Shown here: in pieces, positions 46,046 to 55,555 of the stretch | Layout: each line of letters starts with the position of its first letter | Numbering within the stretch: position 1 is the first letter of the stretch | DNA from: an uncultured Gammaproteobacteria bacterium | GTDB taxonomy: Bacteria; Patescibacteriota; Microgenomatia; 2-02-FULL-39-11 | DNA length: 64,000 bases | Reading direction: 5' to 3' | NCBI GenBank assembly: GCA_964354025.1 | Contig: CAYGXQ010000001.1 | Location: 5,963 to 69,962 of the forward strand | The notes under the pieces: generated by a model | Database searches by the model: none | The model's input: only the letters and a program-made list of their open reading frames with translations | Told to the model about the DNA's origin: nothing | Translations under genes and position numbers: made by a program

Positions 46046-46882
46046 ATGGATAGAGAGCGCCTGACCATCACTTTAAAAAAATCCCTACTGACTAAAGTAG
46101 ACGGTTTCATCGACGGGACGAAAATCAGAAACCGTTCACACGCCATCGAGTATTTAGTCACCCAAAGCTTATCTCCCCGGGTAAACCAGGCGGTTATCCT
46201 GGTTGGCGGAAAGGGACTGAATATGCGGCCATTTACTTTTGAGATGCCCAAAGGGCTTTTCCCGGTTGGCGGCCGGCCGATTTTAGAGCACATTGTTGAG
46301 AGGCTGAAAAAATACGAGATCAGGGATATCATTTTTTCCATCGGCCATCTGGGAGAGAAAATCAGGGAACATTTCGGCGACGGCAAGAAATTCGATGTCA
46401 AAATCACTTACGTCGATGAAAGCAAAGAAGCGGGTACCGGCGGAGCGCTGGTCTTGGCGAAAAAATATCTTAAAAGCGAATCGTTTCTGGTTATCCACGG
46501 CGATATTTTGATTGACATCAATCTGGCAGATTTAGTGGCTTTCCACAAAGAACAGGGGACGGTCGGGACAATTGCCTTAACCTCGGTCGTTGATCCTTCC
46601 AGTTTCGGGGAAGTGATTTTGCATGGCGCCCTCATCAAGCAATTTATCGAAAAGCCGGAAAAGGGACGGCAGACTTCGCAGTTGATCAACAGCGGCCTCT
46701 ATGTTTTTGACAGGGAAATTTTTGATTATTTGCCCAAAACCGGCAGTTGCCTTTTAGAAGATATTTTTTCCAAGCTGGCCCAAAACCGGCAACTTTCCGG
46801 ATTCCTCTTTGCCGGCCGGTGGGTAGATATCGGCACGCCTCAATCCTACGAAAAAGCCATCAAAGAGTGGGGGAAGATATAA
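46046..46882 (+). CDS. Ribbon-helix-helix + sugar-phosphate nucleotidyltransferase-like fusion
   Basis: RLTITL...VD......NRSHAIE; AVILVGGKG..MRP, PK, GTGGA, GD, EKP. Confidence 0.85.
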   Translation: MDRERLTITLKKSLLTKVDGFIDGTKIRNRSHAIEYLVTQSLSPRVNQAVILVGGKGLNMRPFTFEMPKGLFPVGGRPILEHIVERLKKYEIRDIIFSIGHLGEKIREHFGDGKKFDVKITYVDESKEAGTGGALVLAKKYLKSESFLVIHGDILIDINLADLVAFHKEQGTVGTIALTSVVDPSSFGEVILHGALIKQFIEKPEKGRQTSQLINSGLYVFDREIFDYLPKTGSCLLEDIFSKLAQNRQLSGFLFAGRWVDIGTPQSYEKAIKEWGKI

Positions 46883-46884
46883 TT

Positions 46885-47331
46885 TTATCGGTAGGTTTTG
46901 ATGCGGTAGGATTTGGAGACGGTCGAGCCGTTGGTCATTTTGGCGGTTAAGACCAATCTGGCCCCCGTTAAATTATAGTGGTAAGTACAAACGGAGGTTG
47001 AACAGGTGCCGAAAAGAAGTTCCCTTTCCATCCCCGGATTGTTATCCGCTCTGACGGCACCACCGGCTCCCTGTTGGATATTATTGCTTCTATAAAGAAA
47101 AGAATAGGCGACTGATTCGATGCCTGAGAAATTGGAAAAGGAGAAAAGGATACCCAGTTTATCAGAACGGTAACGGACAACGGCCGGGATAGAACCGGAT
47201 GAAGCGGTTGATTTTTTAACAGTCGTTGTTTTTTTGGTGGAAGGGACGAATTTTTTCGCTGCGTCAGCATTTTTCGGAAAGGCAGCGGCAATTATGATAC
47301 AGAATATAATAATTAAAAATATTTTTTTCAT
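46885..47331 (-). CDS. Secreted hypothetical protein
   Basis: Signal peptide; RELLFGTCS..VC.YH motif. Confidence 0.7.
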   Translation of the reverse strand: MKKIFLIIIFCIIIAAAFPKNADAAKKFVPSTKKTTTVKKSTASSGSIPAVVRYRSDKLGILFSFSNFSGIESVAYSFLYRSNNIQQGAGGAVRADNNPGMERELLFGTCSTSVCTYHYNLTGARLVLTAKMTNGSTVSKSYRIKTYR

Positions 47332-47382
47332 TTTACCACCCAATTATAGCAATTCTTCTCTCTGATTGGTATACTATTCCCT

Positions 47383-47997
47383 ATGGGAATAGGGAAATGG
47401 CTCGTTATTATTGTTGTGACCGTGCTTTTGGCTGCTGGCGGATATTTTGCCTACCGGCAATTTTTGGCTCCCCAAGTCACCAGTCCGGTGGCTAATGTCC
47501 AACCCACACCGTTGCCGGCGGAAGAATTGGCTGAATGGGTAGATCAATCGGAATTTTCTTTTAAATATCCTAAAAGCCTGAAGCTTGATCCGCATGTAGA
47601 AGACCAGAAAAATTATGCCCATGTGGAACTGACGGTACCGGACAAATCGGGCAACCTGATTATCTGGGTGAAAGATACCAATGCCGAGGACATAGAAGAC
47701 TGGATCAAAAAGGAAAAAATTTCCAGCGCGATCGACAGTACCTTAGGCGGCGAGCCGGCGAAGAAAGTTTTAGGGAGCGAAGGAGATTCGAAGTTGACTT
47801 TAACCACAATCAGAGGCGGTTATTTATACCAGATAGAGGTGAATGATAAAGGCGAAAACTACTGGAACAAAATTTTTGAGATTATTGCCCCGAGTTTCAA
47901 ATTTGTCAGTGTGGAGAAAGAAAAGACAGAAGAAAATGGAGGAGAGAGCGCTCCGGTCGAAGAAGAATTTACAGGAGATGAAGAAGTAATAGAATAA
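47383..47997 (+). CDS. Membrane-anchored PsbP-like protein
   Basis: N-terminal TM; FSFKYP, LGGEPA, FE.I..SFKF. Confidence 0.7.
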   Translation: MGIGKWLVIIVVTVLLAAGGYFAYRQFLAPQVTSPVANVQPTPLPAEELAEWVDQSEFSFKYPKSLKLDPHVEDQKNYAHVELTVPDKSGNLIIWVKDTNAEDIEDWIKKEKISSAIDSTLGGEPAKKVLGSEGDSKLTLTTIRGGYLYQIEVNDKGENYWNKIFEIIAPSFKFVSVEKEKTEENGGESAPVEEEFTGDEEVIE

Positions 47998-48006
47998 ATA
48001 GATTAA

Positions 48007-48148
48007 GGCACTCCCTCGGAGACGGAATTTCTCCATTGCTTATGTCTTTTCTGATCTTGATTATTTTGGGCAAAGTATCATATCTTTACTTAATCGATTA
48101 TTATTATTGGTATCCCGCATTCCGAAATTGTCTCCTTCGGGATTGCCA
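48007..48148. repeat. Imperfect long inverted repeat (MITE/REP-like)
   Basis: GGCACTCCCTCGGAGACGGAATTTC ... GAAATTGTCTCCTTCGGGATTGCC. Confidence 0.45.
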
Positions 48149-48156
48149 TATTTTAT

Positions 48157-49428
48157 ATGAGTAACTATTTCTTCATATTAGGCCGTGATCCGGCCTTGTC
48201 AGTGGCCGAAATTATTTCTGTCCTCAACCGTTTATCCGTCAAGCACTCCCTGAAATATTTTTCCCAGGAAGCATTAATCGTCGAAACGGAAACGGATTTA
48301 TCAAAGATGTCTCTGATGAATGTTTTGGGCGGGACGGTGAAGTTCGGAAAAGTTATTAGTGAAGTGGGATTGGATGAAAGCGAAAAAAAATTTGAGGAAG
48401 TCATCAGCGCCAAAAGTTTAAGGAAAAATTTCCTCCCTGAATACCCCGGCAAACTGCATACCGGTATCAGCATATACGACGCCGGAGGGGAGAAATTGCT
48501 GCTTTCCAGTTTGACGGATCAGTTAAAAGATCTTAATGTTGTGGTCAAAAAAAATCTGCAGGCGGACGGTTTGAAAATCGGTTTTGTCCAGATAAAAGAC
48601 CGGTATCTCTCAAGCGTTTCGGTTGAGAAAAATGAACTTTTGAAAAAAGGGGCGGAAATAGTTTTCCTGGTTTCTAAAGACAAAATACTAATCGGGAAAA
48701 CGCTTGAGGTACAGAAATTCGCTGAATTCACCTTCCGGGATATGGCCAGGCCGGAGAAAGACAAACGCTCCGGTATCATGCCGCCGAAACTGGCGCGGAT
48801 GATGATAAATTTGTCGGAGACCGCAAGCGTAGGAGTTTTGCTTGATCCTTTTTGCGGCAGCGGCACTATTTTACAGGAAGCGGTAACGATGGGGTACAGG
48901 CAAATTCATGGAACCGATATCAGCCAAAAAGCCGTTTCCGACAGCCAAAAAAATATCCACTGGCTGTTGGGACATATCCACAATGCGGAGAGATCGTCGT
49001 ACAATATAAAAATAGGGGAGGCGGACGCGCGCAGACTGTCGGAAAAATTTTCCCGAAATTCTGTTGACGCCATTGTGACCGAACCGTATCTCGGACCGGC
49101 ATTTTTTGAAAAACCGAAATTTTTGACAGTTAACAGACTTTTGCCGGAACTGGGCAGTTTGTATCTGGCGGCTTTCGGAAGTTTCGGGAAAATATTGCAA
49201 AAAGACGGTAAAGTGGTAATCATTTTTCCGGCTTTTAACGTCGAGGGAAAATGGCAGTTTATGGATATCCTGCCGCAGATACAAAGAAACGGTTTTATCC
49301 AGAAAGATTTGTTGTCATCAGTCGTGCAGACCGCATATCCTGCTTATCAGAAAGACAGACGATCGGTGGTTTACGGCGGCAAGGAGCAGTTTGTCAGGCG
49401 GGAAATTCTCGTTTTTCAAAAAATATGA
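48157..49428 (+). CDS. Trm11-like RNA methyltransferase
   Basis: MPPKLARMMINL, LDPFCGSGT, TEPYLG. Confidence 0.85.
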   Translation: MSNYFFILGRDPALSVAEIISVLNRLSVKHSLKYFSQEALIVETETDLSKMSLMNVLGGTVKFGKVISEVGLDESEKKFEEVISAKSLRKNFLPEYPGKLHTGISIYDAGGEKLLLSSLTDQLKDLNVVVKKNLQADGLKIGFVQIKDRYLSSVSVEKNELLKKGAEIVFLVSKDKILIGKTLEVQKFAEFTFRDMARPEKDKRSGIMPPKLARMMINLSETASVGVLLDPFCGSGTILQEAVTMGYRQIHGTDISQKAVSDSQKNIHWLLGHIHNAERSSYNIKIGEADARRLSEKFSRNSVDAIVTEPYLGPAFFEKPKFLTVNRLLPELGSLYLAAFGSFGKILQKDGKVVIIFPAFNVEGKWQFMDILPQIQRNGFIQKDLLSSVVQTAYPAYQKDRRSVVYGGKEQFVRREILVFQKI

Positions 49429-49547
49429 GCAATTTTAATACCACTTTTAAGCTGATCATGATGCTGGCGATAGCCGTCGGTTCGCTTCTGTTGTATTTCC
49501 TTTATATGATTATATTTACCCCAAACGGGGTTTTAAGTATGTTATAA
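49425..49547 (+). CDS. Putative 40-aa single-TM protein
   Basis: ATGA overlap with upstream stop; MSNFNTTFKLIMMLAIAVGSLLLYFLYMIIFTPNGVLSML. Confidence 0.45.
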   Translation: MSNFNTTFKLIMMLAIAVGSLLLYFLYMIIFTPNGVLSML

Positions 49548-49555
49548 TCTTTTTT

Positions 49556-49990
49556 ATGTTAAAAGACGACATCCAAAAATCGGTAAATGAAAACCTAAAA
49601 GCCGGTAAAGCTCTGGAAGTGAAAGTCCTCCGATTTCTTCTTTCGGAAATCCAATACGCCGAGATTGCCAAACAGGCTCCTTTAACTGACGAGGAGACGG
49701 TTACCCTTTTGGCCAAAGAACTGAAAAAACGGAAAGAAGCCATCGGGATGTTCCAAAAAGCCAATCGTGACGATTTGGTAGCCGATGAAGAAAAACAACT
49801 AACTGTCATCCAAAAATATTTACCGCAACAGCTGACGGAAAAAGAATTGGAAAAAGCGGTTGACGAAATCCTCTCTACCCTAACCGATAAATCAAATATG
49901 GGAAAAATCATCGGGTTAGTGATGGCCAAAGTAAAAGGGCAAGCCGACGGAAAAACAGTTGCGGATTTAGTGAAAAATAAAATCAGTTAA
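49556..49990 (+). CDS. GatB/YqeY domain protein
   Basis: KKRKEAI..F....R.DL...E, YLPQQL, MGKI.G.VM..VKG.ADG. Confidence 0.93.
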   Translation: MLKDDIQKSVNENLKAGKALEVKVLRFLLSEIQYAEIAKQAPLTDEETVTLLAKELKKRKEAIGMFQKANRDDLVADEEKQLTVIQKYLPQQLTEKELEKAVDEILSTLTDKSNMGKIIGLVMAKVKGQADGKTVADLVKNKIS

Positions 49991-50035
49991 CGTACAACTT
50001 GCAGAAACGTTAAGAGTCGTGTATATTATGCCAAT

Positions 50036-50680
50036 ATGCCAAGAAAAACTAAAAAATTAAAGACAGAAATAGCCGTCGAACCGCAAAAGCCGGAAAAAAA
50101 GAAAATAAAGCTTTTTTCGGTAAAAAACATCATCCTACTCGCAGTATTTGTAATTATTGTTTTAGCCTGGAAATTCAAAGGTAATTTCGTCGCTGCCCTG
50201 GTTAACGGACAGCCTATCTCGCGTTTTGAATTAAACGACCAGCTGGTTAAACAGTATGGCGACTCGACTTTGGACAACATTATCAATGAACGGTTAATTA
50301 TTGCCGGGGTCAGACAGAAAGGCATTTTTGTCACTTCAGCAGAAATCAATGATAGGGTGAAACAGATTGAAGATAAATTAAAAGACAAGATCTCTCTGGC
50401 AGACGCTTTGAAGGCTCAAGGGTTAACGGAGGCGGCTTTTCGAAAACAGCTGGAAATCCAAATCTCAATCGAAAAAATGTTTGATAAAGACGCGACAGTT
50501 TCTTCAAAAGAAATAGATGATTATCTTGCCCAAAACAAAGAGGCTTTCAAGACCGCCACCGATCAGGCGGCCATCCGGACAGACATTGAGAGCACACTCA
50601 AGCAGCAAAAAAGCAGTGATCTTTTTAACAACTGGTTTACCGAAATCCGCAAGAACGCCAGCATCAAAAAATTTCTCTAA
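50036..50680 (+). CDS. SurA N-terminal domain (PrsA-like) protein
   Basis: TM then VAALVNGQPI, LDNIINERLI. Confidence 0.85.
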   Translation: MPRKTKKLKTEIAVEPQKPEKKKIKLFSVKNIILLAVFVIIVLAWKFKGNFVAALVNGQPISRFELNDQLVKQYGDSTLDNIINERLIIAGVRQKGIFVTSAEINDRVKQIEDKLKDKISLADALKAQGLTEAAFRKQLEIQISIEKMFDKDATVSSKEIDDYLAQNKEAFKTATDQAAIRTDIESTLKQQKSSDLFNNWFTEIRKNASIKKFL

Positions 50681-50694
50681 ATACTAAAATATAC

Positions 50695-51357
50695 ATGGCT
50701 GATGAGTTGAAACCTTACCTGAAAGATTTTCTTCTATATTTATTGATCATTATTATCGTCATTGCCGGTTTAACTTTCTTGATCTCACAAAAACCAACAT
50801 CCAATAATGAAAATAAAGAGGCCACCGGTTCCTCATCGGTTGCTTACAAACAATACTCTACCCCACCGAAGATGGAGATTGATGTGTCCAAAAAATACAC
50901 CGCTAAACTGACAACCGGAAAAGGCGTAATTTCCGTGGAACTTTTTGCCAAAGAAGCGCCCAACGCCGTCAATAATTTCGTCTTTCTGGCCAAAGAAGGA
51001 TTTTACGACGGAACAAAATTCCACCGGATCGTTAAAGATTTCATGATCCAAGGCGGTGATCCTCAAGGAGATGGTGCCGGCGGGCCGGGGTACACTTTTC
51101 CTGATGAGCCGATCACCAGGGATTACAAAAGAGGAATAATTGCCATGGCCAACAGGGGGCCGGATACTAATGGCAGCCAGTTTTTCATCATGCTCAAAGA
51201 CAACGACCTGCCTAAACAATATGTTATTTTCGGACAGGTGACCAGCGGTTTGGACGTGGTCGACAAAATCGCCCAGACACCGGTGGCCGACAACGGCATG
51301 GGAGAAATATCCAAACCGACGGAAGAAATAAAAGTTGAAAAAATTGTCATCCAATGA
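50695..51357 (+). CDS. Membrane-anchored cyclophilin-type PPIase
   Basis: FHRIVKDFMIQGGDP, AMANRGPDTNGSQFFI. Confidence 0.96.
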   Translation: MADELKPYLKDFLLYLLIIIIVIAGLTFLISQKPTSNNENKEATGSSSVAYKQYSTPPKMEIDVSKKYTAKLTTGKGVISVELFAKEAPNAVNNFVFLAKEGFYDGTKFHRIVKDFMIQGGDPQGDGAGGPGYTFPDEPITRDYKRGIIAMANRGPDTNGSQFFIMLKDNDLPKQYVIFGQVTSGLDVVDKIAQTPVADNGMGEISKPTEEIKVEKIVIQ

Positions 51358-52211
51358 GCCTCCTCTTTGCCTTACTGACCGCCTTTTTCTGGGGCTGTGG
51401 TGATTTCTTCATCGCCATTTCTTCAAAAAAGTTCGGAGCCGGTTTCAGCTTTCACTTTTTTCGGATAGTTTCTCTTCTCGTCCTGACGATTCCGGCCATT
51501 ATCCTTTTTCCGACGACGAATTTTACGCCAATAAATTTTTGGACCGTGGTCGCCACTTCTATCCTGGAAAGCATCGGTATCCGTTTCTTTTTCAAAGCGC
51601 TGGCCGAAAAAAACACCATCATCAACGGGACAATCGCTTCTTCATTTTCAATTATTACTGTTTTAGTTTCCCTGATATTTTTTGGAGAGAGGCCGACAGT
51701 TACTCAATTGATAATTATTGGTTTGGTGATTGTCGGTATCATCATGGCATCGCTCAATGTCCGCGACTTATCCAAAATCCACCTGATTGAAAAAGGGGCC
51801 CTTTATGCTTTCGCCGCCATGTTTATTTGGGGAGTCTATTTTGCGGTGGTGCGGATTCCCACCCGGGAACTGGGTTGGTTCTGGCCGGTCTATTTTGTCA
51901 GATTGACGGTCATTTTGGAACTGCCGTTTATTTTCTCCAAAAAAATTTCTTTACCAAAAAGATTTTTCAGTTGGAAAGCGATTGGTTTAATGATGATTGC
52001 GGCTGTAATACCGACCATCGGCGACTCTTTTTATAATTTGGGAATTGCCGTCCCCCAAACCGCTACCTCTTTGTTTGTACCGGTGGCGTCCGCTTCACCA
52101 GTTATTTATAATATTCTAGCCGGTTGGTTTTTCCGGGAAAAAATCGAGCCGATCCAAAAACTGGGCATTGCCGCCACTATCCTCGGCGTCATCCTTTTGA
52201 GTATAAAGTAA
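51354..52211 (+). CDS. DMT/EamA family transporter
   Basis: Two EamA repeats, about 10 TM. Confidence 0.88.
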   Translation: MSLLFALLTAFFWGCGDFFIAISSKKFGAGFSFHFFRIVSLLVLTIPAIILFPTTNFTPINFWTVVATSILESIGIRFFFKALAEKNTIINGTIASSFSIITVLVSLIFFGERPTVTQLIIIGLVIVGIIMASLNVRDLSKIHLIEKGALYAFAAMFIWGVYFAVVRIPTRELGWFWPVYFVRLTVILELPFIFSKKISLPKRFFSWKAIGLMMIAAVIPTIGDSFYNLGIAVPQTATSLFVPVASASPVIYNILAGWFFREKIEPIQKLGIAATILGVILLSIK

Positions 52212-52220
52212 TTTATTTGT

Positions 52221-52505
52221 TTAATTCTTTTCGGATCGTTTGTCCAATTCCATCATGATTTCTTTGGGAGTAATATTAACCGATGCCAAAAAGACTAATA
52301 AGTGAAACCAAAGGTCAGCCATTTCGGAAATGATCATTTTTCTATTTTTGTTTTTTCCGGCAATGATTACTTCACTGGCTTCTTCCCCGATTTTTTGAAG
52401 GATACGATCTGTTCCATTTTTACACAAAAAAACAACATACGACTTTTTTGGAAGCGTTTTTAATCGTTCTTGAATAATGGTAAATAATTTATTTAGCGTC
52501 ATCAT
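52221..52505 (-). CDS. hisE: Phosphoribosyl-ATP pyrophosphohydrolase
   Basis: KIGEEASE, EMADLWFH. Confidence 0.95.
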   Translation of the reverse strand: MMTLNKLFTIIQERLKTLPKKSYVVFLCKNGTDRILQKIGEEASEVIIAGKNKNRKMIISEMADLWFHLLVFLASVNITPKEIMMELDKRSEKN

Positions 52506-52816
52506 ATTTTTTCCCTAAAACAACTTTTATATCCCCAGTGACAGGCGGCCGAACCGATTAAATCTGCTTTTATAAGCAAAGTATCTCTGTCACAATCGGT
52601 AAAAATATTTTTCACCCGTAATTTATTACCCGAAGATTCTCCTTTTAACCAAATTTTTCGTCGGCTTCGGCTCCAGAAATAGACATAACCGGTCTTTAGC
52701 GTAAGTTGCAGAGCTTGTCTATTGGTATAACCGAGCATTAATACTTCAGCGGATTTTTCTTCCTGAATGATAACCGGAATCAATCCAGTTAGTTTTTCAA
52801 AGTTAAGTTTTCTCAT
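52502..52816 (-). CDS. hisI: Phosphoribosyl-AMP cyclohydrolase
   Basis: FWSRSR..IWLKGESSGN, DCDRD, ACH.G..SCF. Confidence 0.96.
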   Translation of the reverse strand: MRKLNFEKLTGLIPVIIQEEKSAEVLMLGYTNRQALQLTLKTGYVYFWSRSRRKIWLKGESSGNKLRVKNIFTDCDRDTLLIKADLIGSAACHWGYKSCFREKI

Positions 52817-52817
52817 A

Positions 52818-53576
52818 TTAATTCCTTATAAAAATATTTTTATTTTTTAAATATGTTTTTACATCAGGAACCGTTAATTCTCCAAAGTGGAAAAGGGAAG
52901 CCGCCAACGCCGCATCCGCTTTTCCTTCTTCAAAAATTTCTGCAAAATCAGACAATTTACCGGCACCGCCTGAGGCAATTACTGGGATTGAGAGGTTGCT
53001 TGATACGAGCCGTGTCAATTCCAGATCAAAGCCTTTTTTTGTCCCGTCAGAGTCAATGCTGGTTAAAAGTATTTCTCCGGCACCCAATGCTGCCGCTTTT
53101 TTGGTCCAGTCAAAGGCGGAAATACCGGTATCGGTTCGGCCGCCATTAATAAAGACGTGCCACTCGTCAGGACCGGTTTTTCTGGCATCAAGTGATAAAA
53201 CCACACACTGACTGCCGAAAATATTGGCGCAGTCGCTGATCAGTTTCGGACGATTGAAAGCACCGGTATTCACAGAGACTTTATCAGCCCCGGTACGAAG
53301 AATAATCCGCATATCTTCAATAGTCCGCACTCCACCACCGACGGAAAAAGGGATAGTAACCTCAAGAGCGGTTTTTTTCACTACCTCCAGTAAAATATCC
53401 CTATTTTCCACCGTGGCGGTGATATCCAAAAAGACCAATTCGTCGGCCCCCTGCCGGTCGTAAACTTTGGCTAGCTTGACCGGATCGCCGGCATCACGAA
53501 AAGTCTCAAAGCATATGCCTTTGACGACTTTACCTTCAGTCATATCCAGACAGGGAATAATCCGTTTAGTCAACAT
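52818..53576 (-). CDS. hisF: Imidazole glycerol phosphate synthase cyclase subunit
   Basis: MLTKRIIPCLD, GADELVFLDI, GEILLTSID.DG; ATG 53576. Confidence 0.98.
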   Translation of the reverse strand: MLTKRIIPCLDMTEGKVVKGICFETFRDAGDPVKLAKVYDRQGADELVFLDITATVENRDILLEVVKKTALEVTIPFSVGGGVRTIEDMRIILRTGADKVSVNTGAFNRPKLISDCANIFGSQCVVLSLDARKTGPDEWHVFINGGRTDTGISAFDWTKKAAALGAGEILLTSIDSDGTKKGFDLELTRLVSSNLSIPVIASGGAGKLSDFAEIFEEGKADAALAASLFHFGELTVPDVKTYLKNKNIFIRN

Positions 53577-54207
53577 AATAGTTTCTCCAATTCTTGAGTA
53601 ATTGAAAACCAGCTTTACCGCTTTTTTCCGGGTGAAATTGGGTTGCGACGATATTATTTTTAACAATAATACTGGCGAACTTTTCTCCATAATCAGTTTC
53701 GCCGGCAATAATTGATTTTTCTGCCGGTTGGCAATAATAACTGTTCACGAAATAAAAAAAACTTTTATCCCGGATAGAAAAAAATAATTGTTTTATTGCC
53801 TGCCTTGTCGGCAGGCAGGTTAAATTGTTAAATTGTTGCATTGCTACCTGGTTCCAGCCGATCTGCGGTATCTTCCTCTCCTTGCGGAATTTTTTGACTT
53901 GGCCTTTGAGCAGACCCAAACAATTGACATTGCCTTCTTCACTTTTGTCAAACAAAAGCTGCATCCCTAAACAAATTCCCAAAACCGGTTTACCTCGTTT
54001 AACTTCCTCTTTAATGACTTTCGTTAAACCTTTTTTCTCCAAGTTTTTCATGCCTTCTCCGGCCGCCCCGACTCCGGGGAAAACCAGGGCTTTGGCCTTG
54101 GTAAGCACAAGAGAATCGCCGGAAATTTCCGTTGGAATTCCCAGTTTGGTAAAAGCATTAGACACGCTGGCCAGGTTACCCAGGCCATAATCAATAATGG
54201 CGATCAT
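53566..54207 (-). CDS. hisH: IGP synthase glutaminase subunit with repeat-derived insertion
   Basis: IIDYG.GN, PGVG, GICLGMQ, QFHPEKSG. Confidence 0.97.
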   Translation of the reverse strand: MIAIIDYGLGNLASVSNAFTKLGIPTEISGDSLVLTKAKALVFPGVGAAGEGMKNLEKKGLTKVIKEEVKRGKPVLGICLGMQLLFDKSEEGNVNCLGLLKGQVKKFRKERKIPQIGWNQVAMQQFNNLTCLPTRQAIKQLFFSIRDKSFFYFVNSYYCQPAEKSIIAGETDYGEKFASIIVKNNIVATQFHPEKSGKAGFQLLKNWRNYYVD

Positions 54208-54797
54208 AAAACTCCTTTCGTCGAAGGAATGTCGCTGCTTACCCGCTGGTCAATTTCTAAGGCCTTGCGGATGGCCCGGGCACAGGCTTTGAAAATCGCC
54301 TCTATTTGGTGATGATCGTTGCGTCCGTTTTCCACTTTGATGAATAAATTGATTTTGGCATTTTGGGCAAAAGCCTCCCAAAAGTCATAAACCAGTTCCG
54401 TCGGCAGATCGCCGACTTTTTCCCGGGTAAATTGACAATTAAAATTAAAGGCATACCGGCCGGAAAAATCGACTGCCGCCGTTGCCAGGACTTCATCCAT
54501 CGGCAGGATAAAAAAACCATAACGGTTGACGCCTTTTTTATCACCTAAGGCTTTTTGAAAAGCCTGGCCCAATAAAATGCCTATATCTTCAACTGTGTGG
54601 TGTTCGTCAACTTCGATGTCACCAATAGCTTTGATATTTAAATCGAACAAACCGTGTTTGGCAAAAAGATCGAGCATGTGATTTAGAAATCCAACCGGAG
54701 TCTTGATCATCCTCTTTCCGCAACCATCGATATTTAAAACAATTGAAATATCGGTTTCTCCAGTCTTACGTGTAATTTCCGCGATTCTTGGTTTCAT
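54204..54797 (-). CDS. hisB: Imidazoleglycerol-phosphate dehydratase
   Basis: R.T.ETDI, HHTVED, NDHH.IE, PSTKG. Confidence 0.98.
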   Translation of the reverse strand: MKPRIAEITRKTGETDISIVLNIDGCGKRMIKTPVGFLNHMLDLFAKHGLFDLNIKAIGDIEVDEHHTVEDIGILLGQAFQKALGDKKGVNRYGFFILPMDEVLATAAVDFSGRYAFNFNCQFTREKVGDLPTELVYDFWEAFAQNAKINLFIKVENGRNDHHQIEAIFKACARAIRKALEIDQRVSSDIPSTKGVL

Positions 54798-55555
54798 AAA
54801 AGTATCTCCTTCAACTGATTAACATTAGTAATTTGGAAATCACCAAGTGGGTTTTGGCCGATAAAAATACATTTCATCCCCGCATTTTTGGAAGCTAATA
54901 CGTCGTTGATACTGTCACCGACATAGATGGGGTTTTGAACTTGCATTCTCTTTTTAGCTGTAAGCAGAGGTTCAGGATTTGGTTTTTCCCGTAAAACATC
55001 TTCCAGGGCTATGACGGAGGTTTCTTGAATATAATCCGGCAGATACTGGAGATTTTTTAAGGCATACAAAGCTTCAAACCGGGGCCGGCCGGTGGCGACG
55101 CCAAGCCGGTATTTCCGGGACAGTTTTTTCCAGAGACTGAATTTTAATAAAGAAGGTTCGTTGTCGATAAGACCAACCGGATATTTAACCGGAGGCAAAC
55201 GGTTATAACAGGAAGAAAATAATCGTTCGCCTAAATAATAAGATTGAAAGACATCTTTGATTTTTTGGTATTTATCCGACTCTCTTAATTTTATATCAAT
55301 GCCTTTGGCTTTTTGCGCGAAATTTTTCCGCGGAATACCATCAGTAAAAAGTTCTATTAATGAATATGACAAATCCCAATCATTATTGTAGCCTGGCAAT
55401 TCTTTCAAAGCTTCAATATCTTCCTGCAAAGCCCTGATTTTATTGGAATATTTGTCTAAAAAATAATTCACCGTTTTTTCAATAGCCAAACGGTATGATT
55501 GACTGACGTCGACTAAGACGCCGTCCATATCGAAAATGATGCCGTCAAATTTCAT
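54794..55555 (-). CDS. HAD hydrolase, probable histidinol-phosphate phosphatase
   Basis: FDMDGVLVDV..SY, YNNDWD, KPNP, VGDSIND; inside the his operon. Confidence 0.8.
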   Translation of the reverse strand: MKFDGIIFDMDGVLVDVSQSYRLAIEKTVNYFLDKYSNKIRALQEDIEALKELPGYNNDWDLSYSLIELFTDGIPRKNFAQKAKGIDIKLRESDKYQKIKDVFQSYYLGERLFSSCYNRLPPVKYPVGLIDNEPSLLKFSLWKKLSRKYRLGVATGRPRFEALYALKNLQYLPDYIQETSVIALEDVLREKPNPEPLLTAKKRMQVQNPIYVGDSINDVLASKNAGMKCIFIGQNPLGDFQITNVNQLKEILL

